This document shows, in pieces, positions 19,712-30,286 of a DNA stretch of 32,000 bases. The notes below the pieces were generated by a model, which saw only the letters and a list, made by a program, of their open reading frames with translations, was not told the DNA's origin and made no database searches. The stretch comes from Pseudodesulfovibrio mercurii (GTDB lineage: Bacteria; Desulfobacterota; Desulfovibrionia; Desulfovibrionales; Desulfovibrionaceae): contig NC_016803.1 in the NCBI RefSeq assembly GCF_000189295.2, positions 2,850,001 through 2,882,000 of the forward strand, written 5' to 3'. The translations under genes were made by a program, and so were the position numbers. Numbering within the stretch: position 1 is the first letter of the stretch; each line of letters begins with the position of its first letter.

Positions 19712-19751
19712 GAAAGCGCACAATTGCGGCTTCGGGCAATCGTGCGCTTTC
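19712..19751 (-). terminator. Strong intercistronic hairpin between mreB and mreC (possible attenuator / partial terminator)
   Basis: A 16-bp stem with one mismatch (19712-19727 / 19736-19751) and an 8-nt loop. On the minus strand it is followed by TTTCATAAGTTTAC. Confidence 0.5.
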
Positions 19752-19776
19752 GGATAACCGGTATCGGGCCATGCCG

Positions 19777-20856
<1,080 letters not shown>

Positions 20857-20999
20857 CTATGCGTGAAACGCGCTTTCCAATGGGCGGGAAGTGCGCTAGC
20901 GTACAATATCAACTGAAGATTCGTACCAAATGAAATCGGGTCTAGCAATATGCCAGCACTGGTTTGCCATTTTTTTCTCAAGATTTTCTAAAAAATATC

Positions 21000-21977
21000 A
21001 TGGTTCGCTTCCATCGGTTGTCCGACCATCTCAGAAGCCGGTTCGGCGAGCGGGTTCAGAAGATCCCCTTGGACGCCGGCTTCTCCTGCCCCAACCGGGA
21101 CGGCACCCGGTCGCGGGAGGGGTGCGTCTTCTGCAACCCCCAAGGGTCGGGCTCCGGCCTGGGCGATCGGGGACTATCCATACGGGAACAGTGGAATTTC
21201 TGGCGTGACATTCACGTGAAGAAACACCGCCTGTCGCTCTTCACCGCCTACCTGCAATCCTACTCCAACACCCACGGACCGGCCGAAAAACTGGCCCGCG
21301 CCCTGGACGACCTGCGCGGTCTGCCCGGCCTGACCTGCCTGGCCATCGGCACCCGGCCCGACTGTCTGGACCGGGAAAAACTCGATCTGCTCGCCCAGAG
21401 CCGCGACCGGCTCGGCCTGGAGGAAATCTTCCTCGAACTCGGCCTGCAATCGGCAAGCGACGCCACGCTCAAACACATCAACCGGGGCCACGACGCGGCC
21501 GCCTTTGCCGAGGCCGCCCGGGAAGCCGCCGACCGGGGCCTGACCGTGGTCGCCCACGTCATGGCCGGACTGCCCGCGCCCCACGGCCGCGAGGGCCTCC
21601 CCGAACTGCTCGACACCGTGGCCTTTGTCAACGATCTGCCCGTGCGCGGCATCAAGTTCCACAACGTCTACGTCTGCCGGAACACCCGCCTGGCCCGCTG
21701 GTTCGAACAGGGGCGCTACGTTCCGCCCACCCAGGAGGAATATCTCCACTGGCTCGGCGAGGCCATCATGCGCCTGGACCCGTCCGTTGTCATCCACCGT
21801 CTCAACGGCAACCCCGCCTCGGGCGAACTCCTCGCCCCGGCCTGGGCGGGCAACATGCGCCGGGTCCACAACCTGATCCGCGACCATTTCGAGCGCGAAG
21901 ACATCTGGCAGGGCAAGCTGAACGGTGCCGAAGACGGCCCGCCCGACTGGTCCGCCAAAACCGGGGAACAGTCATGA
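21000..21977 (+). CDS. Radical SAM protein, TIGR01212 (YhcC-like) family, about 325 aa
   Basis: The LDAGFSCPNRDGT...GCVFCN cluster motif is typical of TIGR01212. I prefer the ATG at 21000 over the TTG at 20964 used by the track ORF. Neither start has a clear SD sequence. Confidence 0.85.
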   Translation: MVRFHRLSDHLRSRFGERVQKIPLDAGFSCPNRDGTRSREGCVFCNPQGSGSGLGDRGLSIREQWNFWRDIHVKKHRLSLFTAYLQSYSNTHGPAEKLARALDDLRGLPGLTCLAIGTRPDCLDREKLDLLAQSRDRLGLEEIFLELGLQSASDATLKHINRGHDAAAFAEAAREAADRGLTVVAHVMAGLPAPHGREGLPELLDTVAFVNDLPVRGIKFHNVYVCRNTRLARWFEQGRYVPPTQEEYLHWLGEAIMRLDPSVVIHRLNGNPASGELLAPAWAGNMRRVHNLIRDHFEREDIWQGKLNGAEDGPPDWSAKTGEQS

Positions 21978-22477
21978 CCGAGACGTTCGGCGAATGGGTG
22001 CGCGGGAACCGATTCGGCCTGCGTCTGGACTGGCGGGACGGGCTGGTGCGCCGTCTGGACGTGGCCTGGGCCGACGACGTGCGCGAGGCCGACACCCTGT
22101 CCGCCCATGCGGCCGCGCTCAAGGCGGCCCTGCTGCGCTACGAGGCCCGGCGGGACCCGGACTGGCCGGATCTGCCCTTGGATTTCTCGGGACTGAGCGA
22201 ATTTCAGCTGGCCGCCCTGGCCGAACTGCGCCGCATCCCCTCCGGGACCACCCGGACCTACGGCGAAATGGCCGCCCTCCTCGGACGCCCCCGAGGCGCG
22301 CAGGCCGTGGGCCGGGCCATGGGCGCGAACCCGTTCCCCATCCTCTACCCCTGCCACCGCGTGGTCGGCGCGGACGGCGCCATGACCGGCTTTTCCGCCT
22401 CGGGCGGCATGGCTATGAAGAAGGCCCTGCTCCGGCTCGAAGGCGCGGAACAGGGCCTGTTGCCCGGTTTGGAATGA
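21974..22477 (+). CDS. ogt: Methylated-DNA--protein-cysteine methyltransferase (Ogt/MGMT family)
   Basis: ATGA start/stop overlap with the radical SAM gene. It has the active-site PCHRVV motif and the preceding TYGEMAALLGRPRGAQAVGRAMGANP helix-turn-helix region. Confidence 0.88.
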   Translation: MTETFGEWVRGNRFGLRLDWRDGLVRRLDVAWADDVREADTLSAHAAALKAALLRYEARRDPDWPDLPLDFSGLSEFQLAALAELRRIPSGTTRTYGEMAALLGRPRGAQAVGRAMGANPFPILYPCHRVVGADGAMTGFSASGGMAMKKALLRLEGAEQGLLPGLE

Positions 22478-22493
22478 CAGCCAGGAGACCGTT

Positions 22494-22778
22494 ATGCGCT
22501 ACCTGTATTGCCCATTGCCGGAGAATGCCGAGTGCCCGTTCTGCGCCACCGAGGTCCCTGCCGGGGCCAGCGTCTGCACGGGCTGCGGCGCCGTATACGC
22601 GGTCAAGCGCCGGGTGAAGCGCATGGCCTTCGGCTTTTTCCTCGTCGGCCTGTACCTGGGCCGCAACCTCGCCTCGGGCCGGATGTTCCTTGTCGCACTG
22701 ACGGTGGGGGCATTGGGGGCCTGGGCCGTCAACTGGTCGGACTCGCGCAGGCCCCTTTGGCTGCGGGGTGAGCCCTAG
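22494..22778 (+). CDS. Small zinc-ribbon membrane protein, hypothetical, 94 aa
   Basis: The ATG is preceded by CAGGAG at 7-nt spacing. It has CPFC...CTGC (a four-Cys zinc ribbon) followed by two hydrophobic helices, and high third-position GC. Confidence 0.6.
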   Translation: MRYLYCPLPENAECPFCATEVPAGASVCTGCGAVYAVKRRVKRMAFGFFLVGLYLGRNLASGRMFLVALTVGALGAWAVNWSDSRRPLWLRGEP

Positions 22779-22972
22779 CCCACGTATTCGAAGCCGATCT
22801 TGTCGATGGCGGCCTTGATGTCGCCCTTGTCGATGGGGGTGGGCTCGGCATAGTCGACGTCGCCGGTCAGGAGATCGACCTTGACGTCCCGTGCGCCCAG
22901 TTTTTCCATGGTCTCGGTGACGGATTTCACGCAGTGCTGGCAGGACATGCCTTTGACTTTGACGGTTGCCAT
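22775..22972 (-). CDS. copZ: Copper chaperone CopZ (heavy-metal-associated domain)
   Basis: GMSCQHC metal-binding motif in a 65-aa ferredoxin-like HMA domain. AAGGAG SD sequence. It lies 23 nt downstream of copA. Confidence 0.9.
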   Translation of the reverse strand: MATVKVKGMSCQHCVKSVTETMEKLGARDVKVDLLTGDVDYAEPTPIDKGDIKAAIDKIGFEYVG

Positions 22973-22995
22973 GATGGACTCCTTTCGTTGTGGTT

Positions 22996-25494
22996 CTATC
23001 CCTTGAAAAATCTGAGCCGGAGCGCGTTGGTGACCACGGTGACGGAGCTCATGGCCATGGCCGTGCCCGCGATCATGGGGTTCAGGGTCGGGCCGCCGAA
23101 GATGTGGAGCAGGCCCGCGGCCACGGGGATGCCGACGACGTTGAAGGCGAAGGCCCAGAAGAGGTTCTGCCGGATGTTGCGCATGGTGGCGCGGGAGAGG
23201 TTCAGCGCGGTCAGGATGGCGTGCAGGTCCGAGTGCATGAGGACCACGTCGCCGGACTCCACGGCCACGTCGATGCCCGAGCCCATGGCGATGCCGATGT
23301 CCGCCTTGGCCAGGGCCGGGGCGTCGTTGATGCCGTCGCCGACCATGGCGACCTTGCGGCCCTGTTCCTGGAGGCGGGTGATCTCCTCGGCCTTGCGGTC
23401 GGGCAGGACCCCGGCGATGACCTCGTCGATGCCCGCGCGTTCGGCGATGACCCGGGCGTTGACCGCGTTGTCGCCGGTGAGCATGACCGGGGTCAGCCCG
23501 GCGCGCCTGAGGGCCTCGACGACCTCGGGGGTCTCGTCGCGCATCTCGTCGGCGATGGCGAACAGGGCGTTGAGCTTGTTCTCCGAGGCGAAGTAGACCA
23601 CGGTCGCGCCCTGCCGTTCATAGTGGGCCACGGCGTCCGGGGCGAGGTTGTCCATGCCGAAGCCGATGTCGTGGTCCTGCATGAAGGCCCAGTTGCCGAT
23701 GAGGATTTCGCGGTAGCCGACCTTGGCCCGGATGCCCTTGCCCAGGACGGCCTCGAATTCGTCGGGCGCGGGGATGTCGAGGTCCTTGGCCTGGGCGTGG
23801 CGCACGATGGCCTGGGCCAGGGGGTGTTCGCTGCGGCTCTCGGCCGAGGCGGCCAGGTAGACGGCCTCGGTCTGGGCCATGGTCCCCCGGATCATGGTGA
23901 TGGCGGCCACTTCCGGGCGGCCGTGCGTCAGGGTGCCGGTCTTGTCGAAGACGACGGTGTCCAGCGACCCCGCCTCTTCCAGGGCGCGGCCCGACTTGAC
24001 GAGCACGCCGAGCTGCGCGCCGCGTCCGGCCGAGACCATGATGGACATGGGCGTGGCCAGTCCCATGGCGCAGGGGCAGGCGATGACCATGACGGCCACG
24101 AAGATGCGCAGGCTGAAGGGGAAGCCCGCCTGGCCGAGGAAGTACCAGGCCAGCCCGGCGATGAGCGCGGTGAGCATGACCGCGGGCACGAAGTAGTAGC
24201 TGATGCGGTCGGCCAGGTTGGCGATGGGGGCCTTGGACCCCTGGGCCTCCTGGACGAGCCGGATGATCCGGGCGAGCACGGTGTCGTTGCCCACGCGGTC
24301 GGCGCGCATGGTCAGGGCCCCGGAACTGTTCAGGGTGCCGCCCGCCACGGTGTCGCCGACCTTCTTGCCCACGGGCATGGGTTCGCCGGTGAGCATGGAC
24401 TCGTCCACCGAGGAGCGGCCGTCGGTCACGGTGCCGTCCACGGGGATGCGTTCGCCGGGCTTGATGAGCAGCAGGTCGCCGGGCTCGACCTCGGCCACGG
24501 CGATGGGCACCTGCTGGCCGTCCCGGAGCAGGGTGGCGGTGTCCGGGGCGAGCTCCATGAGCGCCCGGATGGCGTCCGAGGTCTTGAGCTTGCTGCGGGC
24601 CTCGAAATACTTGCCCAGCGAGATCATGGCGATGAGCACGGCGGCGGACTCGTAGTAGAGGTCCATGGCCAGGACGTGCGGGTCGCCCAGGCCCAGGACC
24701 AGGGCCAGGGTGTTCCACAGGGAGTAGAGGAAGGCCGCGCCCGTGCCCATGGCCACCAGGGAGTCCATGTCCGGGCCGCCGCGCAGCAGGGCCGGGACGC
24801 CGTGGAGGTAGAAGTTGCGGCCGGACCAGACCACGGGCAGGGTCAGCAGGAGCTGGACCAGGGCGAAGGTCGCGGGCGAGTGCGCGGGGTCGAGGAAGGC
24901 GGGCAGGGGCATGCCCCACATGTGGCCCATGGACAGGACGAGCAGGGGCAGGGCGAAGAGGAAGGCCGGGATGAGGGCCCTTTTCTGGGCGTTCAGCCGT
25001 TCCTCGGCCTCCCGGCGGCGTTTGGCGAAGAGGTCGCCCTCCTCGGAGCGCACCTCGGAGGTGAAGCCCGCGCCCGCGATGGCCTCGCGGATCTCGCGGC
25101 GCGAGACCAGGGAGGGGTCGAAGACGAACTTGCCGGTCTCGGCGGCCAGGTTGACCGAGGCCGCGTCCACCCCGTCCATGCGGCCGACCACGCGCTCGAT
25201 GCGCGAGGAGCAGGAGGCGCAGTGCATGCCGCCGATGTCCAGGTCCAGGGAGGCCAGGCCGGGGGCCTCGAGTTCTGGCGCGTCGCTGAACTCGGCCTCG
25301 AAGCCGAGGTCCTTGATGCGCTTGCCCACGGTTTCGAGGCCGACGACGTCCGGGTCATAGGACAGGGCCATGCTCTCGGCTGCCAGGTTCACGGCGACGT
25401 CGTCCACGCCGTCCATGTTGCCGACCACCTTTTCAATGCGCGCCGAGCAGGCCGCGCAGTGCATGCCCTTTACCTGTGCCGTTGCTTTCTTCAT
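22996..25494 (-). CDS. copA: Copper-translocating P1B-type ATPase, about 832 aa
   Basis: Two N-terminal HMA domains ([16 protein letters not shown]), the CPC motif ([12 protein letters not shown]), the DKTGTLT phosphorylation site, and GDGINDAP. I prefer the ATG at 25494 over the TTG at 25512. Confidence 0.95.
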   Translation of the reverse strand: MKKATAQVKGMHCAACSARIEKVVGNMDGVDDVAVNLAAESMALSYDPDVVGLETVGKRIKDLGFEAEFSDAPELEAPGLASLDLDIGGMHCASCSSRIERVVGRMDGVDAASVNLAAETGKFVFDPSLVSRREIREAIAGAGFTSEVRSEEGDLFAKRRREAEERLNAQKRALIPAFLFALPLLVLSMGHMWGMPLPAFLDPAHSPATFALVQLLLTLPVVWSGRNFYLHGVPALLRGGPDMDSLVAMGTGAAFLYSLWNTLALVLGLGDPHVLAMDLYYESAAVLIAMISLGKYFEARSKLKTSDAIRALMELAPDTATLLRDGQQVPIAVAEVEPGDLLLIKPGERIPVDGTVTDGRSSVDESMLTGEPMPVGKKVGDTVAGGTLNSSGALTMRADRVGNDTVLARIIRLVQEAQGSKAPIANLADRISYYFVPAVMLTALIAGLAWYFLGQAGFPFSLRIFVAVMVIACPCAMGLATPMSIMVSAGRGAQLGVLVKSGRALEEAGSLDTVVFDKTGTLTHGRPEVAAITMIRGTMAQTEAVYLAASAESRSEHPLAQAIVRHAQAKDLDIPAPDEFEAVLGKGIRAKVGYREILIGNWAFMQDHDIGFGMDNLAPDAVAHYERQGATVVYFASENKLNALFAIADEMRDETPEVVEALRRAGLTPVMLTGDNAVNARVIAERAGIDEVIAGVLPDRKAEEITRLQEQGRKVAMVGDGINDAPALAKADIGIAMGSGIDVAVESGDVVLMHSDLHAILTALNLSRATMRNIRQNLFWAFAFNVVGIPVAAGLLHIFGGPTLNPMIAGTAMAMSSVTVVTNALRLRFFKG

Positions 25495-25676
25495 GTTGAT
25501 AACCTTTTTCAATGTAGGTCAAATATGCGCACTGACGGCCGCTTTGGCAAGGGGGTGGGGGGTATATCCGGGCCGGCGGCGCGTTTTTGACGACCCGCAC
25601 GGCATTGGGGGGCCGAGGGCTACGGTGGGGGCCCAGTGGTCACCGAGCGGGAATTGGAGCCGGTCTGTCCGGCCCG

Positions 25677-27881
25677 TCAGCCCCGGTCCAGCCCGGCGGC
25701 CACCAGGCGGATCAGGTCGTAGGGGTGCGCCCCGCCCAGGGCCTCGAAGACCGGGGTCATGGCGGTGACGCCCTTGGAGCGGGACGCGCGCAGGGCCGCC
25801 TCGATCCTCTCGCGCTCCCCGTCCGGCAGGTTGGCCACGCGGCGGTAGTCTATCCTGCCCATGTTTACGGCCAGGACGAGGTGCCGCCAGATGGACGAGG
25901 GCTTGAGCCCGCGCGCCTCGGCCACGGCGTCCACGTCGCCGAGCTCCAGGTAGAGGTCCAGGGTGGCCTGGGCCGTGGCCGTGAAGTCCGGCTTGGCCTC
26001 GGCCTCCCGTTTCTTGGCCTCGCGCACCGCTTCGGGGATCTCCGGGATGTTGTCCGGGCGGCCGTGCTCCTCCTCGTGCCCCCTGATGCTTTCGAGGAAG
26101 GTCTCGCCGAAGCGCTCCAGCTTGCTCGCGCCCACCCCGCTCATGCAGGCGAACTCCTCCATGTCGCGCGGCCGGTAGCGCACGAATTCGAGCAGGGTCT
26201 TGTCCGCGAAGATGGCGTAGGGCGGCACGGCCTGGGTCTCGGCCAGGGACAGGCGCAGGTCGCGCAGCCGCTCGAACAGGGCCTCGGCCTCCCGGTCGGT
26301 CAGGACGTCCTGGGCCAGGACCGGGGCGCGGCGCTGCTTCTTCTTGTCCCGTTTGGGCAGGGCCGGGTCCTTGCGCAGGCGCACGGGGCGCTCGCCCTTG
26401 AGCACGGGCCAGGAGCGCTCGTTCAGGGTCAGGGCGTTGAAGCGCTCCAAATCCACCGAGCACAGCCCGGCGGCCAGGAGCTGGCGGTAGACCGACTTCC
26501 ACTCCTCCGGGGTCATGTCCTTGCCGATGCCGTAGGTGGACACGCGGTCGTGGTTGAAGCGGACGATCTGGTCCGTGGTGGCCCCGGTCAGGACCTGGGC
26601 CAGGTGGTTGACCCCGAAGCGCTGCTCGGTGCGGAAGATGTTGGACAACGCCTTCTGGGCGATGACCGTGCCGTCGAAGGTCTCCACCGGGCTCAGGCAG
26701 TTGTCGCAGTTGCCGCACGGCCCGATGTGCTCGCCGAAATAGGCCAGCAGCGCCTGGCGGCGGCAGGAGGCGGTTTCGAGGAAGGCGAAGAGCGAGCCGA
26801 GCTTGGCGTGCTCGATGCGCTTGCGGGTCTCATTGGCTTCGCCCGAGTCGATCATGGCCCGCAGGATGGCGATGTCCTGCATGCCGTAGCACATCCAGGC
26901 CGAGGCGGGCAGGCCGTCGCGCCCGGCGCGGCCCGTCTCCTGGTGGTAGGCCTCCAGGGACTTGGGCGGCTCCAGGTGGCAGACGAAGCGCACGTTGGGC
27001 TTGTCCACGCCCATGCCGAAGGCCACGGTGGCGACCATGACCACGCCCTCCTCGCGCATGAACCGTTCCTGGTTCTCGAACCGCTCCCGGGCCGACAGCC
27101 CGGCGTGGTAGGGCAGGGCCTTGAACCCGTTCTTGCAGAGATAGTCGGCGGTCTGCTCGACCTTCTTGCGGCTCAGCCGGTAGACGATGCCCGCGTCGCC
27201 GGGGTGGTGCTCGTCGAGGAACCTCTTCAGCATGCGCGTGGGGTTCTTCTTGGGCACCACGGTGTAGGTGATGTTCGGCCGGTCGAAGCCGGTGGCGAAG
27301 ACGCGGGCGTTCTCCAGCTGGAGGTTGCGGACGATGTCCGCCTGGGTGGGTTCGTCCGCCGTGGCGGTCAGGGCCAGGCGCGGCACGTCCGGGAAGCGCT
27401 CCTTGAGGATGGACAGCTGGGTGTATTCCGGCCGGAAGTCGTGGCCCCACTGGGACACGCAGTGGGCCTCGTCGATGGCGAACAGGGAGGGGCCGCAGCG
27501 GGCGATGAAGTCCAGGAAGCCGGGCTTGCACAGCCGCTCCGGGGCCACGTAGAGCAGGTCGAGCTGGCCGTTCAGGGCCATCTGTTCGATGTCCCAGGCC
27601 GAGCGCGGGTCCATGGCCGAATTGAGGCAGGCGGCGCGCACGCCCATCTGGGTCAGCCCCTGGACCTGGTCCTGCATGAGGGCGATGAGCGGCGAGACGC
27701 AGACGCCCACGCCGGGCCGGAGCATGGCCGGGATCTGGTAGCACAGGGACTTGCCCCCGCCCGTGGGCATGAGCACCAGCGCGTCGTTGCCGCCCATGAC
27801 GTGGTCGATGATCGCCTCCTGCAACCCGATGAATTCGGGAAAGCCGAAGACCGAGGAAAGGATGTCGCGCGGGGAGGTCAT
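25677..27881 (-). CDS. recQ: ATP-dependent DNA helicase RecQ with extended C-terminus, 734 aa
   Basis: Internal ATG at 27881 ([17 protein letters not shown]). Motifs: [27 protein letters not shown], the Zn-binding CRRQ..CGNCDNC, an HRDC-like stretch, and about 120 extra C-terminal residues. The upstream 186 aa of the track ORF are an artefact. Confidence 0.95.
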   Translation of the reverse strand: MTSPRDILSSVFGFPEFIGLQEAIIDHVMGGNDALVLMPTGGGKSLCYQIPAMLRPGVGVCVSPLIALMQDQVQGLTQMGVRAACLNSAMDPRSAWDIEQMALNGQLDLLYVAPERLCKPGFLDFIARCGPSLFAIDEAHCVSQWGHDFRPEYTQLSILKERFPDVPRLALTATADEPTQADIVRNLQLENARVFATGFDRPNITYTVVPKKNPTRMLKRFLDEHHPGDAGIVYRLSRKKVEQTADYLCKNGFKALPYHAGLSARERFENQERFMREEGVVMVATVAFGMGVDKPNVRFVCHLEPPKSLEAYHQETGRAGRDGLPASAWMCYGMQDIAILRAMIDSGEANETRKRIEHAKLGSLFAFLETASCRRQALLAYFGEHIGPCGNCDNCLSPVETFDGTVIAQKALSNIFRTEQRFGVNHLAQVLTGATTDQIVRFNHDRVSTYGIGKDMTPEEWKSVYRQLLAAGLCSVDLERFNALTLNERSWPVLKGERPVRLRKDPALPKRDKKKQRRAPVLAQDVLTDREAEALFERLRDLRLSLAETQAVPPYAIFADKTLLEFVRYRPRDMEEFACMSGVGASKLERFGETFLESIRGHEEEHGRPDNIPEIPEAVREAKKREAEAKPDFTATAQATLDLYLELGDVDAVAEARGLKPSSIWRHLVLAVNMGRIDYRRVANLPDGERERIEAALRASRSKGVTAMTPVFEALGGAHPYDLIRLVAAGLDRG

Positions 27882-28068
27882 AGGGGGACGAGGGTAGGGG
27901 AAAGGGGCGGCGAAGGCAATGGGCTTGAGGCGGCCCGGCCCGGCCCCCATTCCGGCCCTTGCCTTACTGCGGGGGCGTGTATATTCTTGCAGATACCGCA
28001 ACTGTCTCCGGCCGCGGGCACCGCGCCGGTTTCGTGCTTCACCTGCAACACCGGGATTTTTCGCGGAT

Positions 28069-29466
28069 ATGCTCGCTTTCGCCCACGACGACCGGACCGC
28101 CGGTCTGTACACCATCACCGTCTCCCAGTTCGCCCTGGTCTTCATGCTCTCGGCCGTGGCCGTGGCCGTGCCCGCCCTGGGCCGCGAGTTCGGGGCCAGC
28201 GCCTCCCAGCTCGGGCTGGTGGAGTCGGGATACATCTCGGCCGTGGCCATGCTCCTCTTCCCGGTCACGCGCCTGTCCGACAAGATCGGGCGCGGGACCA
28301 CCTTTGCCTGCGGCATGGCCCTGTTCACGATCATGAGCATGATCCTGCCCATCTGCCACACCATCAACCAGTTCATCGTCCTGCGCGTCTTCCAGGGCGG
28401 CGGCGGGGCCATGATGGTCTCCACCGGCCTGGCCATCATCGCCGATCTCTACCCCGGGGCGGGGAGGGCCAGGGCCATGGGCATAGCCGGGGCCGGGGTC
28501 TACCTCGGCCTGTCCGCGGGGCCGTGGCTCGGCGGGCTCATCGTCACCCACTTCGGCTGGCGCTGGATCTTCTACGGCGGGGCCATCCCCTGCGCCGTGG
28601 GCTTCCTGCTGACCCTCAAGACCCTGCCCGTGCGCCCGGTCCTTGCGCGCGGCGTGCGGTTCGATCCGGGCGGGGCCCTGTGCATCGCCCTGGGCATGAT
28701 CCTGCTCTCCCAGGGCGGCTCCCACCTGGACGGCAGGTTCGGCGCGTACATGGTCGTGGGCGGCCTGTTCTTCCTGCTCTGCTTCGTCTTCTGGGAGGGG
28801 AGGGCCAAGGCCCCGCTCCTCAGCCTGACCCTGTTCAGCGGCAACCCCGCCTTCTCCCTGGGCTCGGCCGCCCAGTTCATCAGCTACGCGGCCATCTACG
28901 GGATCACCTTCCTGCTCTCCCTGTACCTCCAGGTGGCCCGGGGCATGACCGCCGGCGACGCCGGGTTCATCCTCATGATCCAGCCGGTCATGCAGGTCGT
29001 CCTCTCGGTGGTCAGCGGCAAGTGGTGCGAGCGCTGGTCGCCCCACCTTGTGGCCACGGCGGGCATGGGGTTGGCGACCCTCGGCCTGGGCGCGGCCATC
29101 TTCCAGGGCGCGTTCCCGGCCCTGTGGTTCACGGCCCTGATCCTGGCCCTGTGCGGCGCGGGCTCGGCCATGTTCGCCACCGCCAACATGGCCGTCATCA
29201 TGGGCGCGGTCACCCGCGAGAACTACGGCGTGGCCTCGGCCGTGGTCGCGGCCATGCGCACCACGGGCATGACCGTGTCCCTGGTCTTCATCAGCGGCGT
29301 GTTCGCGGTGGTCATCGGCCCCGCCGCCCTGACCCCGGCCAATGCCGATGTCTTCCTCAAGGCCATGAACGTGGCCTTTATAGCCCTGACCGTGTTCAGC
29401 GCGCTGGGCGTGCTCATGTCCGCCAAGGGCCGCCTCGAGGTGCGCAAGGGAACCGCCGACAGGTAG
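28069..29466 (+). CDS. MFS transporter, DHA2 (EmrB/QacA-like, probably 14-TMS) family, 465 aa
   Basis: Internal ATG at 28069. It has MFS motif A (LSDKIGRG) and multiple hydrophobic helices across the whole length. No strong SD sequence, so the start is uncertain. Confidence 0.85.
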   Translation: MLAFAHDDRTAGLYTITVSQFALVFMLSAVAVAVPALGREFGASASQLGLVESGYISAVAMLLFPVTRLSDKIGRGTTFACGMALFTIMSMILPICHTINQFIVLRVFQGGGGAMMVSTGLAIIADLYPGAGRARAMGIAGAGVYLGLSAGPWLGGLIVTHFGWRWIFYGGAIPCAVGFLLTLKTLPVRPVLARGVRFDPGGALCIALGMILLSQGGSHLDGRFGAYMVVGGLFFLLCFVFWEGRAKAPLLSLTLFSGNPAFSLGSAAQFISYAAIYGITFLLSLYLQVARGMTAGDAGFILMIQPVMQVVLSVVSGKWCERWSPHLVATAGMGLATLGLGAAIFQGAFPALWFTALILALCGAGSAMFATANMAVIMGAVTRENYGVASAVVAAMRTTGMTVSLVFISGVFAVVIGPAALTPANADVFLKAMNVAFIALTVFSALGVLMSAKGRLEVRKGTADR

Positions 29467-29543
29467 GCGGGTTCGGGGAAGAGGGAAATCGGAAGGAGTG
29501 TCGTTCGCGCGGCGTTCCGCCTGCCGCGCAATGCGTAAAAAAC

Positions 29544-29582
29544 AAGGGCCGCCCCGATCGGGACGGCCTTTTTTCTTTTCTT
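29544..29582. terminator. Bidirectional rho-independent terminator
   Basis: AAGGGCCGCCCCGATCGGGACGGCCTT hairpin followed by TTTTTCTTTTCTTTT on the plus strand and preceded by AAAAAACA. It lies between the convergent stops at 29466 and 29583. Confidence 0.65.
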
Positions 29583-29996
29583 TTAGACCACGCCCGCCAG
29601 CATGTTGCCGGGCGGGGGGAGTATCTGGGCCTGGGCTCGGGCGTAGGCGGCCAGGGCGGTCTTGACCCGGCCGGCGGAAGGCCCGTCGTCCGTCAGGGAG
29701 GTGTCGCGGTCGCGGTAGGCCGCGCCGTCCACGCCGACCTCGGCGCGCAGGTCCTCCACTTCGGCCTCGGCCCGGAAGGCCCGCGCCTGCCGCTCCTGTT
29801 CGCGCACCGAACGGGACAGGGAGGGGTCGAGGACCGTGGTCTCCTCGCGGTAGTCCACGCCGAACTTGCCCAGGCGGAAGCCGAACGACGTGGTCGTCGT
29901 CCGTGCCTGGGGCTGCACCGTCTTGCGCTCCACCCGGCGCTCGGCCAGGGAGTCGGTCTTGCGGTACTGTTCGGCAGCCTGCGAGGATATCCTCAT
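29583..29996 (-). CDS. Hypothetical protein, 137 aa
   Basis: The internal ATG at 29996 is preceded by GGGAG at about 7 nt. Charged, Arg/Glu/Thr-rich, with no TM segment or recognisable motif. Confidence 0.5.
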   Translation of the reverse strand: MRISSQAAEQYRKTDSLAERRVERKTVQPQARTTTTSFGFRLGKFGVDYREETTVLDPSLSRSVREQERQARAFRAEAEVEDLRAEVGVDGAAYRDRDTSLTDDGPSAGRVKTALAAYARAQAQILPPPGNMLAGVV

Positions 29997-30071
29997 GCGC
30001 GTCTCCCGTGCCCGGCCTTTTTTTGCGACAAAAAAAGACCGTGGCGTTGCATCAGGCAGCCCGGCCGTCCC

Positions 30072-30087
30072 TGTGACCCATGTCACG
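30072..30087. promoter_or_regulatory. CRP/FNR- or Rex-type operator-like palindrome TGTGA-N6-TCAC
   Basis: TGTGACCCATGTCACG lies in the divergent intergenic region, 76 nt from the ATG at 29996 and 200 nt from the nfnA ATG. Confidence 0.4.
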
Positions 30088-30184
30088 CTCTATCCAGAGG
30101 GACCCGTGGTTTTCCGTCTCCCGTCCGTGGGAGTTGGCAAATCCGAATCTTCAGCAAAATATAGTATACGCATTCGGTCCCATT

Positions 30185-30214
30185 TTGACAACCCTGGCGG
30201 TTTGGCGCTACTAG
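30185..30214 (+). promoter_or_regulatory. Candidate sigma70-type promoter upstream of nfnA
   Basis: Perfect TTGACA at 30185-30190, an 18-nt spacer, then TACTAG (3/6 match to TATAAT). Weak -10. Confidence 0.25.
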
Positions 30215-30286
30215 CATAGACCCTGCCGCTGAATATTAGTCGGGGTCTCCGAGGGATGCCATTTTTTTAACCGCAAGAGAGAGCAC

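Noticed and set aside
25495-25545. Possible MerR/CueR-type copA promoter (TTGACC ... TATCAA on the minus strand)
   Set aside because: The spacer would be only about 15 nt and the -10 would abut the ATG, implying a leaderless mRNA. There is no dyad symmetry like the CueR operator, so this is not supportable.
25587-30164. 1525-aa plus-strand ORF, the longest in the track
   Set aside because: It runs antisense to recQ and out of frame through the MFS gene. Its composition is Gly/Arg/Pro/His/Ala-rich with no motifs, which is typical stop-codon-poor noise in a high-GC genome. The same applies to 22990..25590 (+), 8791..10800 (+), 11541..13229 (+), 10214..11674 (+), 16395..18206 (-), 7194..8582 (-), 5781..7175 (+) and similar ORFs.
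30203-30216. Sigma54-like TGGCGC...GCA upstream of nfnA
   Set aside because: The GG-to-GC spacing is 10 nt instead of the 12 nt required by the TGGCAC-N5-TTGC consensus. A similar near miss on the minus strand around 20945-20975 is off by one.
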